A stretch of DNA of 47,230 nt from Nemertoderma westbladi. Its lineage: Eukaryota > Animalia > Xenacoelomorpha. The notes under the pieces were generated by a model. The model saw nothing but the letters and a program-made list of their open reading frames with translations. It ran no database searches and was not told the origin of the DNA. Shown one piece after another: positions 12,503 to 25,385 of the stretch; the first letter of the stretch is position 1, and each line of letters begins with the position of its first letter. The stretch spans positions 1-47,230 of the forward strand of contig JAUCBJ010000509.1 of NCBI GenBank assembly GCA_032718475.1, written 5' to 3'. The translations under genes and the position numbers were made by a program.

Positions 12503-14389
12503 AAAAGGGTTTGTGTGGCATGTCACAAAAACATATAAAATACTACAATTTTCTTAAAACACAAACTCTTTCAAAGAATGAAACAATAGTAAGTCGCCTA
12601 TAAATATAAATCGCACATTGTTGCAAATTTTACTAGTTCATTACTTGCTTGCATGCATAGGTTAAAAATATTTCCATTAAGATATCATAATGTATACTGG
12701 ACAGATTGTACGAAATTGATAATAATTTTTGAGCAATTTAAATACAATAAAGATCAACATCAAACTTAAATCAGTCATTGCTCCAAACTATTTAAATTTC
12801 AGTTACATACATCTGTAATCAACTACATAATAAAAGTATAACATAAAATACTATTCTATAACCAAAGTTAATATACAAGCATAATGAAGCACTCCCAATA
12901 AGTACATTACATATACTGCATAACAATACATATATAATATATATACTAAATAATAAAGCTACCTACATCATTGTTGAATATTGGTTAAACCATCATGGTC
13001 GCAATTGCGAGAACAACGTGGCAGATGCGATCAAAGTTGTGAGAGTTGTAGTCCTGTCGATATTCTCGCGAAATCAGTACATTCGGAGCGACGAACGGAT
13101 TTTTCCCAGTACTAATTTGTTCCGGTTGATCGAGCCGCGATACATCAGTCAACTAGGTATACATCAGTCAACTCCCGGACAAGCCCCCAATTTATCTTTG
13201 AACCAGAGAAGCCCACCAGGTCCCACTCGTTGAAGGCACACTATGGAGTGTGTAACAATCACCATGACATGTTGCCCCACACTGGGCGAGCAGGTATCAC
13301 CGAACATTCTGCAACGTAAATACATTCTTCGGGGTTAACTTGGTACTTTAGAGGGGCATACCGCAAGGCTTATGCCAGACCACCCATTCCCAAACCCCTT
13401 ATTCACCAGTTTCTACTGTAACACTCATAGTTAGAGGATATATATATGAGATGTATATACAATACATGCGCCCCTCCATTACATCACATTCATACAATAT
13501 ACGGTACTGGATTTAATTTGTTGTCTCTGTCTTTTGTGATTTCTAGAATATTTACAGTTGTATATAAAAAAGCATATAAAAACAAGCAATTGGCAATTTA
13601 TATGAATAATGAATATTGGGGGTAAATATTCTAGAGATCGAGCGTAGTTAGAGTCTCGCGTCATTCATTCAGATCTGGAAATGTCCGATTATTGTAATTT
13701 TATATAGAGCCGGGTCTTGAATATAATTTTTAATTAGGTATCACAGCATTCTAACTAGCAAGAAGGAAGTGATAAAAACTCAATAAATCACTTATGATCT
13801 ATCCATACACAAAGTTGCATCCGGTCGTACCGAAATATTAATTTCCTCCGCTCCCGTGACAACTTTAGCCTCATACTTTGATATTTTGTGATTTAATTAT
13901 CTATCTAAACACGAAATAGGCTTAGCTGTCTTGTACATATATTACATATACTATTTACTGAAATGTTCATTCAGAATTATCATCCATTAATACACAAGAG
14001 CCATCATACAACTGGCTGCGCATGCCCACACATACTGGCTCTTTATCATACATACCAGGCTCACAGATACAAACATACATATAAATGATATAACTGAATT
14101 ATACAATCGGTACAATTGAGTACATTTTTATACACAGACATAAATATATACAAATCCCGAGAATCAATACAAGTGCATATGTAATATAAATACTAGTGTA
14201 TCTAGGAGGCCTAATAAGAACATCTAGGAGACCTAATAAGTCTGTAACAACAGTCTGTAAAGAATAATGCAATATGGATTGAATTGTATTGTATGCGGCG
14301 TACTTTACAATTATGCTATAAAGGAATGAATACACCAGTAGCTACTATAGTATGGTAATCTGTGCCATCCTGTATATGTTGTCTTCATC

Positions 14390-15915
14390 TTATTGAGTAT
14401 ATTCGATAATTTCAGGTTTATTTGGTTGTTGTCCATAGTTCTCAGATAGCCCACGGGCTCGTTCCAATAGACATAATCTACCAATAGCTCTGTTGAGGTG
14501 CTGTCCCTGGTCAGAAAGAACTTCTACTTCACGCACCCTTCCATCTTTACCTAGAATTACCTTTGTAATGCGACCAGTAGTCCAATACTTGCAAGGAAGA
14601 TTGTTGTCAACCAGAAGTACCATGTCTCCAACTTGTGCATTCCTCTGTTCTGCAAACCACTTAGTGCGTAAATGAATACTTGGCAAATAATGTTTCTCGA
14701 AGTGAATTGAGAAGCGCTTTGTTAGAAGTTGCATTATACGCCATGTTTGACGGAGGTACTCATCTCCATCAGTGGGTTCACTAATGGGTATCATGGTGAC
14801 CTTTTTCTTCATCATGAAGTGAGCGGGTGTGAGAGACTCTAAAGCGTGAGGGTCGGATGATACAGGCATAAGAGGCCTGCCATTTATGTATGATGCAATC
14901 TCCTCAAAAAGGGTTCTCAGCAATTCATCATTAAGGTATGCTTTACACGGCAATATATGATTCAATGAGATTTTTACACGTCGAATAAGCCGTTCCCAGC
15001 TTCCTCCATACCAAGGAGCATGACTAGGAATAAATTTCCAGTCAGAACCTTTGATTTTGAGAGAATCATCAAGTTGTTGTTGATTCCAGTCTGTTATAAG
15101 TTTTGTGATCTCATTCGAAGAACCGATAAAATTTGTGCCTCTATCTGATCGGACCACTTCGCTTGTTCCATATCTTGCAATTTGCCGTCTGGCATAATAA
15201 AAAACTAAAGGTCGTTCACCATGTCAATATGCACTGCTCGACAAGTCAGACAAATGAACAGTACACCCCATCTCTTTACCAAAGTACGAGCCCTTTTTAC
15301 TTCAATAGGCCCAAATAGGTCGACACCTGTGAAAGTGAATGGGGGTGAGTAACTACCAAGTCTTTCAAGTGGTAAAGCAGCCTCTAATTGTGTCATAGGT
15401 CTACAGTTAATTTTCTTACATGGAATACACTCATTAAGTACAAAATTCAAGGCCTTGCGAGGGTGTACAAAATAATAACGCGTGCGTATTTGATTGATGA
15501 TATATTCTCGACCCGCATGCAATAATGACTTATGAACATCAGAAATTATTTTTGTTTGCACTCTTGTATCATACACTAAAATTGGATACTTAGTGTCAAA
15601 TGAAAGAGGAGCATTGGTCAATCTCCCACCGACTCTAATAAGCCCATCTCTCATTGTGCTACTGTATCGGTTGCTAAGTATAAGGTTTGCATGAGTAAGC
15701 AACTTGTCATAATCATTAAGGTTATCTCGTTTTTCTGTGATACGTAAAAGTTTCAAGTTTGTACAGTCTACTTCTGGCAGAGACATGAATTTTCGTGTCT
15801 GACGTTGATTGTACCAATAGTGGAAGAGTAACCTAAGATAGGTTACTGCACGACATAAGCGGTTCCATGAACTGTAATGGTTGAAATAATTCTCTAATCT
15901 TTGAGAAACACCCAA
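14390..15915 (-). pseudogene. BEL/Pao integrase region, frameshifted near 15200
   Basis: GLIRVGGRL, HKSLLHAG...CIPC (HHCC), GVDLFGP, SDRGTNF, GGSWERLIRRVK, GRVREVEV. Confidence 0.92.
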
Positions 15916-16032
15916 AGAAAGGTCAGGTAGATCCGGTGCATTTGTCCAGAATGTTTTATCTAGAATATCTAGTTTACTACCAGTAAAGGTATTCTGAATA
16001 ATGATATAGTTATTTGAGGAGCCAAGTGAGTT

Positions 16033-17060
16033 TCATAAAAGTTTGGACTTTGAGGGTTTGGATTTTGGCCTGATTATTTCTGCTCCCTTGGCCTGTTCTA
16101 TTTGTTGTTGGCTGAGTTGTTTAGGCCAATTTATTTCAGGTTGTTGAAGAAATTCTGGACCATGAATCCAAGACTCAGTGTGTAACAGCTCCAAAGGAGT
16201 AGCTCCTCGGGATGCAATGTCTGCTGGATTCAGTGGGCCTGGACAATAACGCCACTGTTCCGGCTTTGAAGTATTCAGAATTACATGCCTTCGATTTCTG
16301 ACAAAGACACTAAACTCACATTTACTATTAGTTATATATTGCAGAACCAGTGCTGCATCCGTCCAATAGACAATTTGTTGTAGTTTATATTTGGTTTGTT
16401 CAATAAGATCATTTGCTACAATGGCAGAATATACGGCAGCTTGAAGCTCTGCCTTAGGAATGTCTAATGACTCATGTTTAAGCTTCGCTTTGGCGAAGTC
16501 TAAGGATACTTCGACACCAGTATCATCCTCCTTGCGAAAGTATGCAGTAATACCCATGCCCTGTGTGCTAGCATCACTAAACATATGTAATGCATATTGA
16601 TGGTGGGGTTGAGCATTATAGAAATATTTTCTGGGTATTAATAGCTGATCAATAGCTGGTAATTGCGATTCCCAAGCTTTCCACTCTTTCAATATGACCC
16701 CATCCAAATGGTCGTCCCAGTTTGTATCAAGCTTCCACATTTTCTGAACCAACTGCCTAGCTCGTAGAGTAATAGGACAAATAAAACCCAGAGGGTCAAA
16801 GTTAGAAGACAATATACTTAAACAAATGCGCTTCGTTCTGACTTCCCCACCACGTGGCTTCACTTGAAAGTATAATTGATTTGCCTCAGTATTCCATCGT
16901 AAACCTAGGGTTTTGGTAACAGGCAGAGGCTCTTTAAAAAGATCTATATCAGTGGCAGCCCTGTCGTCTTTCAGAATAGAGGATAGCATTACCTTTGAAT
17001 TACTTACAAATTTAGTAAGCTTAAAACCTCCTAATTTCAGACATTCAAATTGTGCCTTTC
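16033..17060 (-). pseudogene. BEL/Pao RT C-terminus and RNase H-like region, out of frame with the upstream ORF
   Basis: GGFKLTKFVSN, KTLGLRWN, FDPLGFICP, LHMFSDAS, WTDA, NPADIASRG. Confidence 0.92.
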
Positions 17061-20000
17061 GCTGTAACAATTGCTTCCTCCACAGTAGGTTTAGAACACA
17101 AATTGTCATCCATATAAAAATCTTCCTTTATATTGTCAATGACCCCTGGAGGAAACTTCAATTTATTATCATCAGCTGTACTTTGCAGTATGAAACTGGC
17201 ATTTGAAGGACTTGATATTAGACCAAAGGCCTGGATTGTCATTCTATATTGGCGCAATTCGCAAGTTAGTTTACCCTCAGGCCACCACAGAATCCTTAAA
17301 CTATCACGATCAATTTCACATGCCTTCACCTGAAGGAACATTTCCTTAATATCGGATGCAAATGCAATATTATATTGGCGTAGGCGAATTAAAATTCCTG
17401 TAAGAGACCGGAGAAGATTAGGGCCAGACATAAGTTCTGTATTTAATGAATGACCTTTGTACATTGCAGCACCATCTTTAACAACTCGTATGCATCCTGG
17501 TTTATCTTCTCGTTGAATAAAGTGGTGTGGTAAATAATATGTTCTGTTGGTATCTTGAGTATGAGGAGGAATCTCCTCCATATATCCATTTGAAATATAA
17601 TGGTTCATTTTATCGGAATACATCTTGTGTATTTCTTTGTTGGCTAATAATCGACGTTTTAATTGTTGAGCACGAGTTAGAGCCAATGGAAGGTTATTAA
17701 TTAAGTTTGGTTCTTGAGCTCGCCATAGGAGCCCAATTTCATATTTCCCTTCTTCAGGGATAAATCGTCGAGTAGTTTGTTGAATTTGAAATGATCGTTC
17801 ATCTTCCACAGACAGGGTTTTTGCATTAGCGTTATGTTCAAGTTTGTCTTGATCAAGCCAAGCAATAACTTTCTCAGTAAGTCTAAGTTTATTAATAGCT
17901 TCTTCAATCGGTGCTAAAGATTCACAGGTAGAAGGATTATCTAAATGAGTGGTAGAATCATGAAGCAGATTACATAGATGAGTTTGGCATTGAAGTATCT
18001 CTTCCTCGGGCATCAGGCCAATTGGATCAGTATTGGTGCAGCGCAGTGCCTCACTGGACCATTCAACTTCCGAATCAGAACTATCGGAGACATCTTTGGA
18101 AGAACAGGGAATGTCTACTGAATTACCAACTATGTGATCCTTTGCGATACCACGTTCATATAATGTACGTTCTGAGGGCCCAGTACAATACCAGCCCAAC
18201 CGTGTCAGGACTGCATAATCTTGAAGTGGTAATGGATTACTCGGAATTTTGTTCAAGGGTTCAAACACTTCATGCAAGTTTTGTCCTATTAATAAATTAA
18301 TACCTGGATAGTCTACAGCATGATATGGAATCTTATGTTGAAGTGTAAATTTGTCATTCCCCCAATCATAAGGTGTAGATTGACTAGTTTGGAAGTTAGG
18401 AATGACTACTAACCTAGCATGTGGAACAATACCACTGAGCATCCTGTCAGCAGGCAATAAATCTCCTTCATAATAACCTGTTTGTACTGTAGTTTTCCAT
18501 ACATCCATAACACCAGAGAGATTTAACCGTAGAGGTTTCCTAGTTTGCCCTTGAAAAATTAGTTCAGCTAACTCTTTGTCAATAAAGGAAAGAGAGCTAC
18601 CACTATCTAATAGAGCATTTACAGTCACTAGTCCTCTTGTTCCCCTAATTCTAACCTGCAGAATTGGAAACTCTCTTATACGATCTTGACTCTTTGAACC
18701 TGCTGGATGAATCTTAGTATCCTCCTCATAGGTCAATGCTTTATATACATATCGAGAATCGCAAGTTTCTTCATCAGTAAATTCATTTTTCTCAAATTCA
18801 TCAGTATCTATAATATCACTATTGTTAACTGTTTCTTCTACTAGTTCGCATATTTTATGAACCCTATCAAGTGCTGGGGGTGTTTTGTCGACATGAAGCA
18901 AAAGATTATGAGTACCCTTACATTTGAAACATCGTAAAGAAGATCTGCAGTCTAAACGAAGATGTCCCGGTCGCAAACATATGAAACATAAATGATTCTT
19001 ACGAAGGAATTCTCGCCTAGTTGCAATAGAGTCATTTTTGAAAACATCACAGAGGGTTATCCTATGCCCTCTTTTCTTGCATCTAATACAAGGTTCTTTG
19101 CTCATTTTTATGTTATCACCAATGGAGTTAAGACAAGAACCTTCTAGAGTTCCACCATCTATGACATCAGTCAAAAGGTCACTATATGCTTCAGCCAAGT
19201 AATTTGCAATTGCATTATTGATTGGTTTTGATTTATTTTCTATAGATAAATCACGTTGAGGTTTCTTAAAAGGAAACTTTGCTTGACCCTTTGAAGGTTT
19301 GCTATAAAGATTTTGTACACGTCCACCTGCATCATCTTCTGTTTCACCTTCCTCATGTATATCATTTAATTGCATAATATTGTGAGATCGTCTCTTATCT
19401 CTATCCTTCCCAACAGAATGTCTGTCAGCAACCTTATCCTTTCCCATTGAATGTTTGTCTGAAGACCGTTCACGCTCTCTCTTAATAAAGGTTAAGTCAG
19501 TTTCCTTCTGAAGAAATTCGAGAAATTCCTCCATCACTGGTTCACGTCTATGTTTATCACGTGTATAAAGTACAATTTTGTCCCAACGATAACCTATACC
19601 TCCTGTGGGCAGTGCCGCTGAAACCATTCTCACAACCATTGGATTATTATAGGTATCAGATTTCTTCAACCAATCCAACTGGCAACATATGGTTCTCAGT
19701 TCATCAGCATATGCAATTAAATTATCTGTTGTAACCTTACGATGAACTGTCAACTTATCAAAAATCCTCGATGCCAAAGTTGTTTCATTACCATATCTTC
19801 TCTTTAGAATGTCCCATGCATTATCTATACCATTTGGCATACCCCTAAACCCTTCTGCTAATTTCTTTGGCTCACCATCCAAGCTATCTATAAGAAGCTT
19901 CAACCTTTCATTGGCTGGAAGAAGACTGTCCTTAATAGAAGTTTCATAGTGGTCAAGAAAAGGTATCCATTCTAAAAGTTGGCCATTGAATTTGGTAATA

Positions 20001-20482
20001 GTTCCCATCATAAGTGCTTGTCTAGCATCTGAAAAAAAACTCTGCGAAGCGAGTATAGAATTCAACTCAGAAGTCTCATTAATGGGATCATTCGATGGAG
20101 GACGTCGTAAAATTTGGGAAGGGTAATTATGCGCGCCACTACTATTAACATCTGGTAAGGAAGAACATTCTGCTTCTTGATAAATATTATTTATTTTTGA
20201 GGCATTACGAATGGCTGCTTCACCATGTACTGCTTGTGACCTAGATACAAGAGGCTGATTAGTTGCTAAATAATCTTGGCGGATAACCATTTCCTGTTGC
20301 AACTCCTCCAATTTGACTCTGTGTTGTTCTAACTGCTCCAATTGTAAACGATGTTTACCTGCTAGTGAATGGGTTTCTTCCCGTAGACGATCCAGTTTCT
20401 GTGCTTCGCGGTTAGATTCTTGCAGAATGTATATGATTTTATCCTTTTCAACAGAGTTTATCATTCTCAGACAATGTAACAT
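17045..20482 (-). pseudogene. BEL/Pao Gag core, zinc knuckles, aspartic protease and RT (largest open segment, 1145 aa)
   Basis: KFNGQLLEW, three knuckles (CIRCKKRGHRITLC, CFICLRPGHLRLDC, CFKCKGTHNLLLH), ALLDSGS, YYLPHH, SDIKEMFLQV, FYMDD. Confidence 0.95.
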
Positions 20483-21833
20483 TATCTGTCACTGGTGTTT
20501 GAAAACTCCTTGGAGCAAATGGAGGTACCTCCGGGTTGAGGGGCACAGGAGATACTCCTCCAAAGGAGACCCGAGGTATACGAGAAGGCATCATTTTTCC
20601 TGCTGTTGACGAATTTCAAGCCGACTATTAGCCACCACAAATTCAACTTCTTGGTTGGCTTTATCTATTTCACATTCTACTTCTCGCTTAGCTCGTTCTG
20701 CTTCCCGATGAACACGATCTGCTTCATGCTTAGCATCCAGATCAGAAATGGCTAACTCTATCTCTAATGTTTTGTTTAGTGCATCTAATGCTTCTTGTTC
20801 ACATTGCCTGTCACCTTCTTCCATCTGCTTAAATAATTCTTGCACAATATTGTCTGATTCCTTACTGCGTGCATTCAATCCCTTTAACCTGTCTCTCACA
20901 TAAGCTTCACCATGAAAATCAAAGATGGGAGACAAGAACTTATTAATTGTATTATCACCTTCTTCACCTTCATCACCTACTATTTCAATATCAGTTTCAC
21001 ACTGTCTCTTCAGGAAGAATTCCTTGTGCACGAAGATCACCTTTTACGGCTTCTCTAACCAATCCCTCTGTTAATAGTATTGCTGTCTCTGCAATATCCA
21101 CTGTCTTGGACATTAAGCTATCTATTGAGTCCAGAGCTGATTGTGATTCACCACGTATGGCTGCTTCATGAAAGGCAGACAATATTACTTTAATTCTATA
21201 TAGTTTCTCCTTCAGTTCCAAATCTAATTTTTTATACTCTATTAAAGATAATACCGGTACTTCACGTTTACACTTACTCTTCAACTTAGTACAATGGTTG
21301 ACAAACCCTTGCACATAACCACGAATAGTTCTTCCAAACTTAACCCAATTTGAGTAATCCTTAGGTACATTTTGTTCATACAAATGCTCCCAGGTTAAAC
21401 TTCTAAAATCGAAGTACTGGGTAAGTGCTGGGCGCTGAAATTGGGTTAAATTATGTGGGTTATAAACTGGAATATAATTACTTGGCCCTGCAGCGGTGGC
21501 ACTAGGGGTGGTTGCAGCAACAGTGTTTGGAATAGGTACTGCTGAAGCTGTCACTGGAATAGGCCTATTTGTCAGAACTGTATTACCGGTAGTATAAGTC
21601 TTAGATCTAACTACAGTGGGCAATGAGGTAATAATCACGGGATCAGTTATTGGTACTGTTAAGCCTACCGATACTGTTATTGGTACCGGTACCCCAGTGA
21701 TAGTACTAGTGGTTGGAGAGTCAGGTCCTGTGAGATAAGTTTCATCAGGGCCACTATCAATGCCACTACCGGTAGTAGGTGTTTTTGTCTGGTCCAAATC
21801 GTTGTCACTAAGTATAGTTAAATTAGGGTCCAT
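20483..21833 (-). pseudogene. Gag N-terminal region (Thr/Pro-rich, then coiled-coil), broken by frameshifts
   Basis: 278-aa ORF from ATG 21833, an overlapping 149-aa coiled-coil-like ORF, and a third frame reading MMPSRIPRVSFGGVSPVPLNPEVPPFAPRSFQTP that leads into the main ORF. Confidence 0.75.
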
Positions 21834-23642
21834 AATACATTAATATAGTAATACTCTAATACTGCAATAATTTAGACCGACTTACCTGACAGCCTGATGA
21901 TATGGCAGTATGGGATTGGGATATGCAATTAGTGAAATAATATAGAAGGCTAAATTAAAAATTAGGCCTAGATATGTAACAGCATCTACAGACCTACCAG
22001 TGCTGACGTACTGGCTGACTGGTATTAGCAGATTAATGCAGACAGGTGACAGGTCAGGCTATAGCCTGATAGCTGTATAGTCAGTACAGATCTGCAGATA
22101 GTCAGTATAGATAGTACCGGTATCTAGGCTAGGCCTAGACCTAATGCTGTAATAGTATATTACAATAGTAATACAGTATAAATAGGACTGTAAATATTGA
22201 AGTACCGGTACTGAAGTATGGGTACTACTACTACTGTCAGATAGTACTGCAGTAGTTTGGTATTCTACAGCAGCAGTCGGCATCACAGACGGCTGTAGTC
22301 TTCAGTCTGGCAGACAGCAATGGCAGACTGGTTGACTGGGCTGTATACAGATGAGATACACTGCTGTACAGTGCAGCAGTGTTGTACCTGTCTGATTGTC
22401 AGTTTTTGCTGTACAGCCTAAATTAATTGTTAGTCCGGTTACTGCAATTCCTTAGAAGCCTATTTATAGTATTGTATTTAACCGGGCCACTGCAACTCGG
22501 CATGCAGTACAGAAAGCAGTATAAATTGAAATAATAGTTTAGTTTAAACAAGTGCAGTAAAGTTTAATATAATAAGTTGACAAGAGAGTATCTGAAACTA
22601 TTTTATACAGTAAAGTTGTACTGTACAGTATGTATTATTCTGTTATTACGTTTAATATAATCATAATAATCAATATTGACAGCGTAGTACAGTAGATATG
22701 AAAGAAAGACAATTATCAAAACCTTTTGGAACCGAAGTGTGATTCCACTTCCTACAAGTACATGCAGTACGTACAGTACAGTACCTACACTTCTGAAGGC
22801 TGAGACACACGACCTCAATCGAACTGTTTTACTACACCACAGTGTTAGTCAAAACTACAGTATTAGGTCAGTCCACACAAATAATATGCCACCAATATAC
22901 TCCACGGAATTATCTGAGACCGTCAGAAGATTTATTATGTGGGACGGCCATATTAATGCGCAGTGAATTAATGTGTTTCGAAATCTCACCGTTATTTGCG
23001 AACAATACAACCCAGATCCCTAATTGATCAGATCTTGAAACAAAGAAGTTTTGCTCGCGGAGAGTCAAGCTGTTAAAATATGAAAACTCAATAACTTCTA
23101 GATAAAAACTAAGCCTCCGGAGTACGAAGTGGGATTTATCCTATACCCAAACGATTTAATCGGACAACTTAGATAATTATCGAGAACTCCTTTACCAGGG
23201 CGCAGCAGACTATACGGATACAGATCACATGCACCGAATTACAACATCAAACCACGCACTGTCACGAAGCTTATTACTGACATTCATATCACAGCCGACG
23301 GGAATGGACAAGACAAACTGTCGCCAACCTCTCAACAGTTTATCTCAATACACTATAGAGATACGCTAGGACTTATCTGATGCCTATCTCGATTTATAAT
23401 TCTACAGTGCACAGGAAATGTGTAAAATACTGTATATTTTACACCCAGGAATAAGAGTAGTCAAGCCTACGGACACATACAGTAAATTATTTTAAGGTAT
23501 TGTAGAGGCTCACAAACAAATGAAACACTGTACGTTATAATCACATCAGAAATAATACTGTATGTTTATTCCAAATAGTTTGGAAATTTAATCTTGTAAT
23601 TTGCTTCCGATATGAAAACAACAAGTAAATAAATACTGTTGG

Positions 23643-23657
23643 AAGCAATAAAATTAA
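23643..23657 (-). promoter_or_regulatory. PBS position holds a 15-nt sequence complementary to the element's own LTR; no TGG tRNA-type PBS
   Basis: aagcaataaaattaa (23643-23657) is the exact reverse complement of ttaattttattgctt (24095-24109; also 11995-12009). Confidence 0.7.
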
Positions 23658-24595
23658 TGTTCGCGCCGCTGACTTTTTCTAACTCACAACGCGATATTTG
23701 TCACGGAGCGATGGTATTTTTACGTTGAGTTGCAATACGCTAATTAATTAGTACTTTAATAGGCTTAATGAATATATGAAGTGTATGTATAGATTACGGT
23801 GCCCGGAATGTAATTGAACCAGACAACAATCGGACACAAAGGGCTGTCAATCACACACAGTGCACTGGCAATAAAGGGCAGAGAACAAATGGCTTGACAC
23901 TCACCGTGTGCGGCAAATAGCTCCCCTTGTTTCCCTTTAATCGTTGAACAACGTCTTGTGTTATATCTTTCTTCATATATTACTTTCAATGCAGATTACA
24001 GTATATACCGTATATATCAAACTTATTATACAGTTAATAATTAATGATTTATAAATACTGCATACATAACTATTAAATTTAGTACTATTTGAACTTAATT
24101 TTATTGCTTTCCTATTGCAACTCTATCGCGTTACGGTGAGTGATAAATTAATAATCACCGCTCAATATTAAACCAAGGCCTTATATACCACATAACAAAT
24201 AGGGATGTCCTATACACAAGTACAGCAGCTGCGATTGCCCTAGAAATTCAACCAATAACAGCGTCAGAAATCTGTAAATCTCATTAACTGCCATCTGGTT
24301 GTTACAGCTGAATCTTCTACAATAAGTAGAATATGAGAAAGAAAAGAAAGCACACAATATAAATTACGTTTCAATAACCTAACCAACCACCAATATGGCC
24401 CTCATGGATTTGCCTTAGGACGGCAGAATATATTAAGTTATTAATAGTAATTAATTCACTGTACCGTAATAGGGGAACATAATCATTGGTGAAATCAGGT
24501 TATGGAATATAAACTAATGAGAGCTTATAACGATATTTAAGATACTGAATAGGGCCTATAACAGATAAACTAAATATAGGCGAGTTTCACCAACA
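23658..24595 (-). repeat. 5' LTR of BEL family 1
   Basis: Repeat of 11558-12495; minus-strand TATATAA at 24187-24181 and AATAAA at 24105-24100. Confidence 0.97.
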
Positions 24596-25187
24596 GAATA
24601 TATGGCTAATGATTGATTTGCTGATACCAAATATCTGAAAGGCCTGTCTAGGAAAATAAATGAATGCTAAAGTATATTATTTTATTATAAATGTTCAGAT
24701 TTTAGCTAATTATAGGTGGTTATGGCCTGGTTTAGCCAAGTTATAATAGCCCATTATAGATCGTTATAGTCTGTTACACAGTATGTCGTTCTACCTTTTA
24801 GTAAGTACCACCAAGTACCATAAGTTGTTTAGGTAAATGTTGATTTCACACAGTACCGGTAACATGGGGCATTGCGACACATGTTGCAAGTGCGCAACTC
24901 TTTATCGTGTATGAGAAAGATAGTGCATTGTATGATAAGTACTCACCCAAATATCTCTTAAAATTTGTACTGTACTTAGCAAGTACTTTTTAAATGTTTT
25001 TAAATATTTTTTCATAATCTAAATTGTTTTTTTTGTAATCAATATATTTTTAAATTTTTGGCGTCAATGGGGCCTCATATGTAATTAGTTTATGCTATAT
25101 AGGAATTCAGATTTCCTATTTGTCAGGGGGCAACATACAGTTCGATTTGAAGTTTCCATGAAGATGTTAAACTATTACTACTTGCAC

Positions 25188-25340
25188 GTCTCGAATAAGC
25201 GCCCAGTCTCGAATAAGCACCCAGTCACGAATAAGCGCCCAGTCTCGAATAAGTGCCCAGTCTCGAATAAGCGCCCAGTCTCAAATAAGCAGTGTGTCTC
25301 GAATAAGCAACCTGTCTCGAATAAGTGTCCAATCTCGAAT
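25188..25340. repeat. 18-bp minisatellite (gtctcgaataagcgccca) x ~8.5
   Basis: Units start at 25188, 25206, 25224, 25242, 25260, 25278, 25296, 25314, with a partial unit at 25332. Confidence 0.95.
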
Positions 25341-25385
25341 GATTTTGTGTATTGTCTAAATGTTGTCTAAAGTATTGGTTGGAAA

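Larger units (their letters stand above)
11558..24595 (-). mobile_element. Full-length BEL/Pao LTR retrotransposon (family 1), 13,038 bp
   Basis: Two 938-bp LTRs TGTT...AACA; 5-bp TSD GAATA (11553-11557, 24596-24600); gag-PR-RT-RH-IN order with Pao-type motifs; PPT next to the 3' LTR. Confidence 0.97.

Noticed and set aside
14099-14335. env-like transmembrane ORF after the integrase
   Set aside because: Short, non-ATG start, and its hydrophobicity is explained by AT-rich composition.
20990-21040. Programmed frameshift in gag
   Set aside because: No clear slippery heptamer; BEL/Pao elements usually have a single ORF, and several other breaks indicate decay.
25092-25370. 92-aa ORF with SNKRPV repeats
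   Set aside because: Translation of the 18-bp minisatellite.
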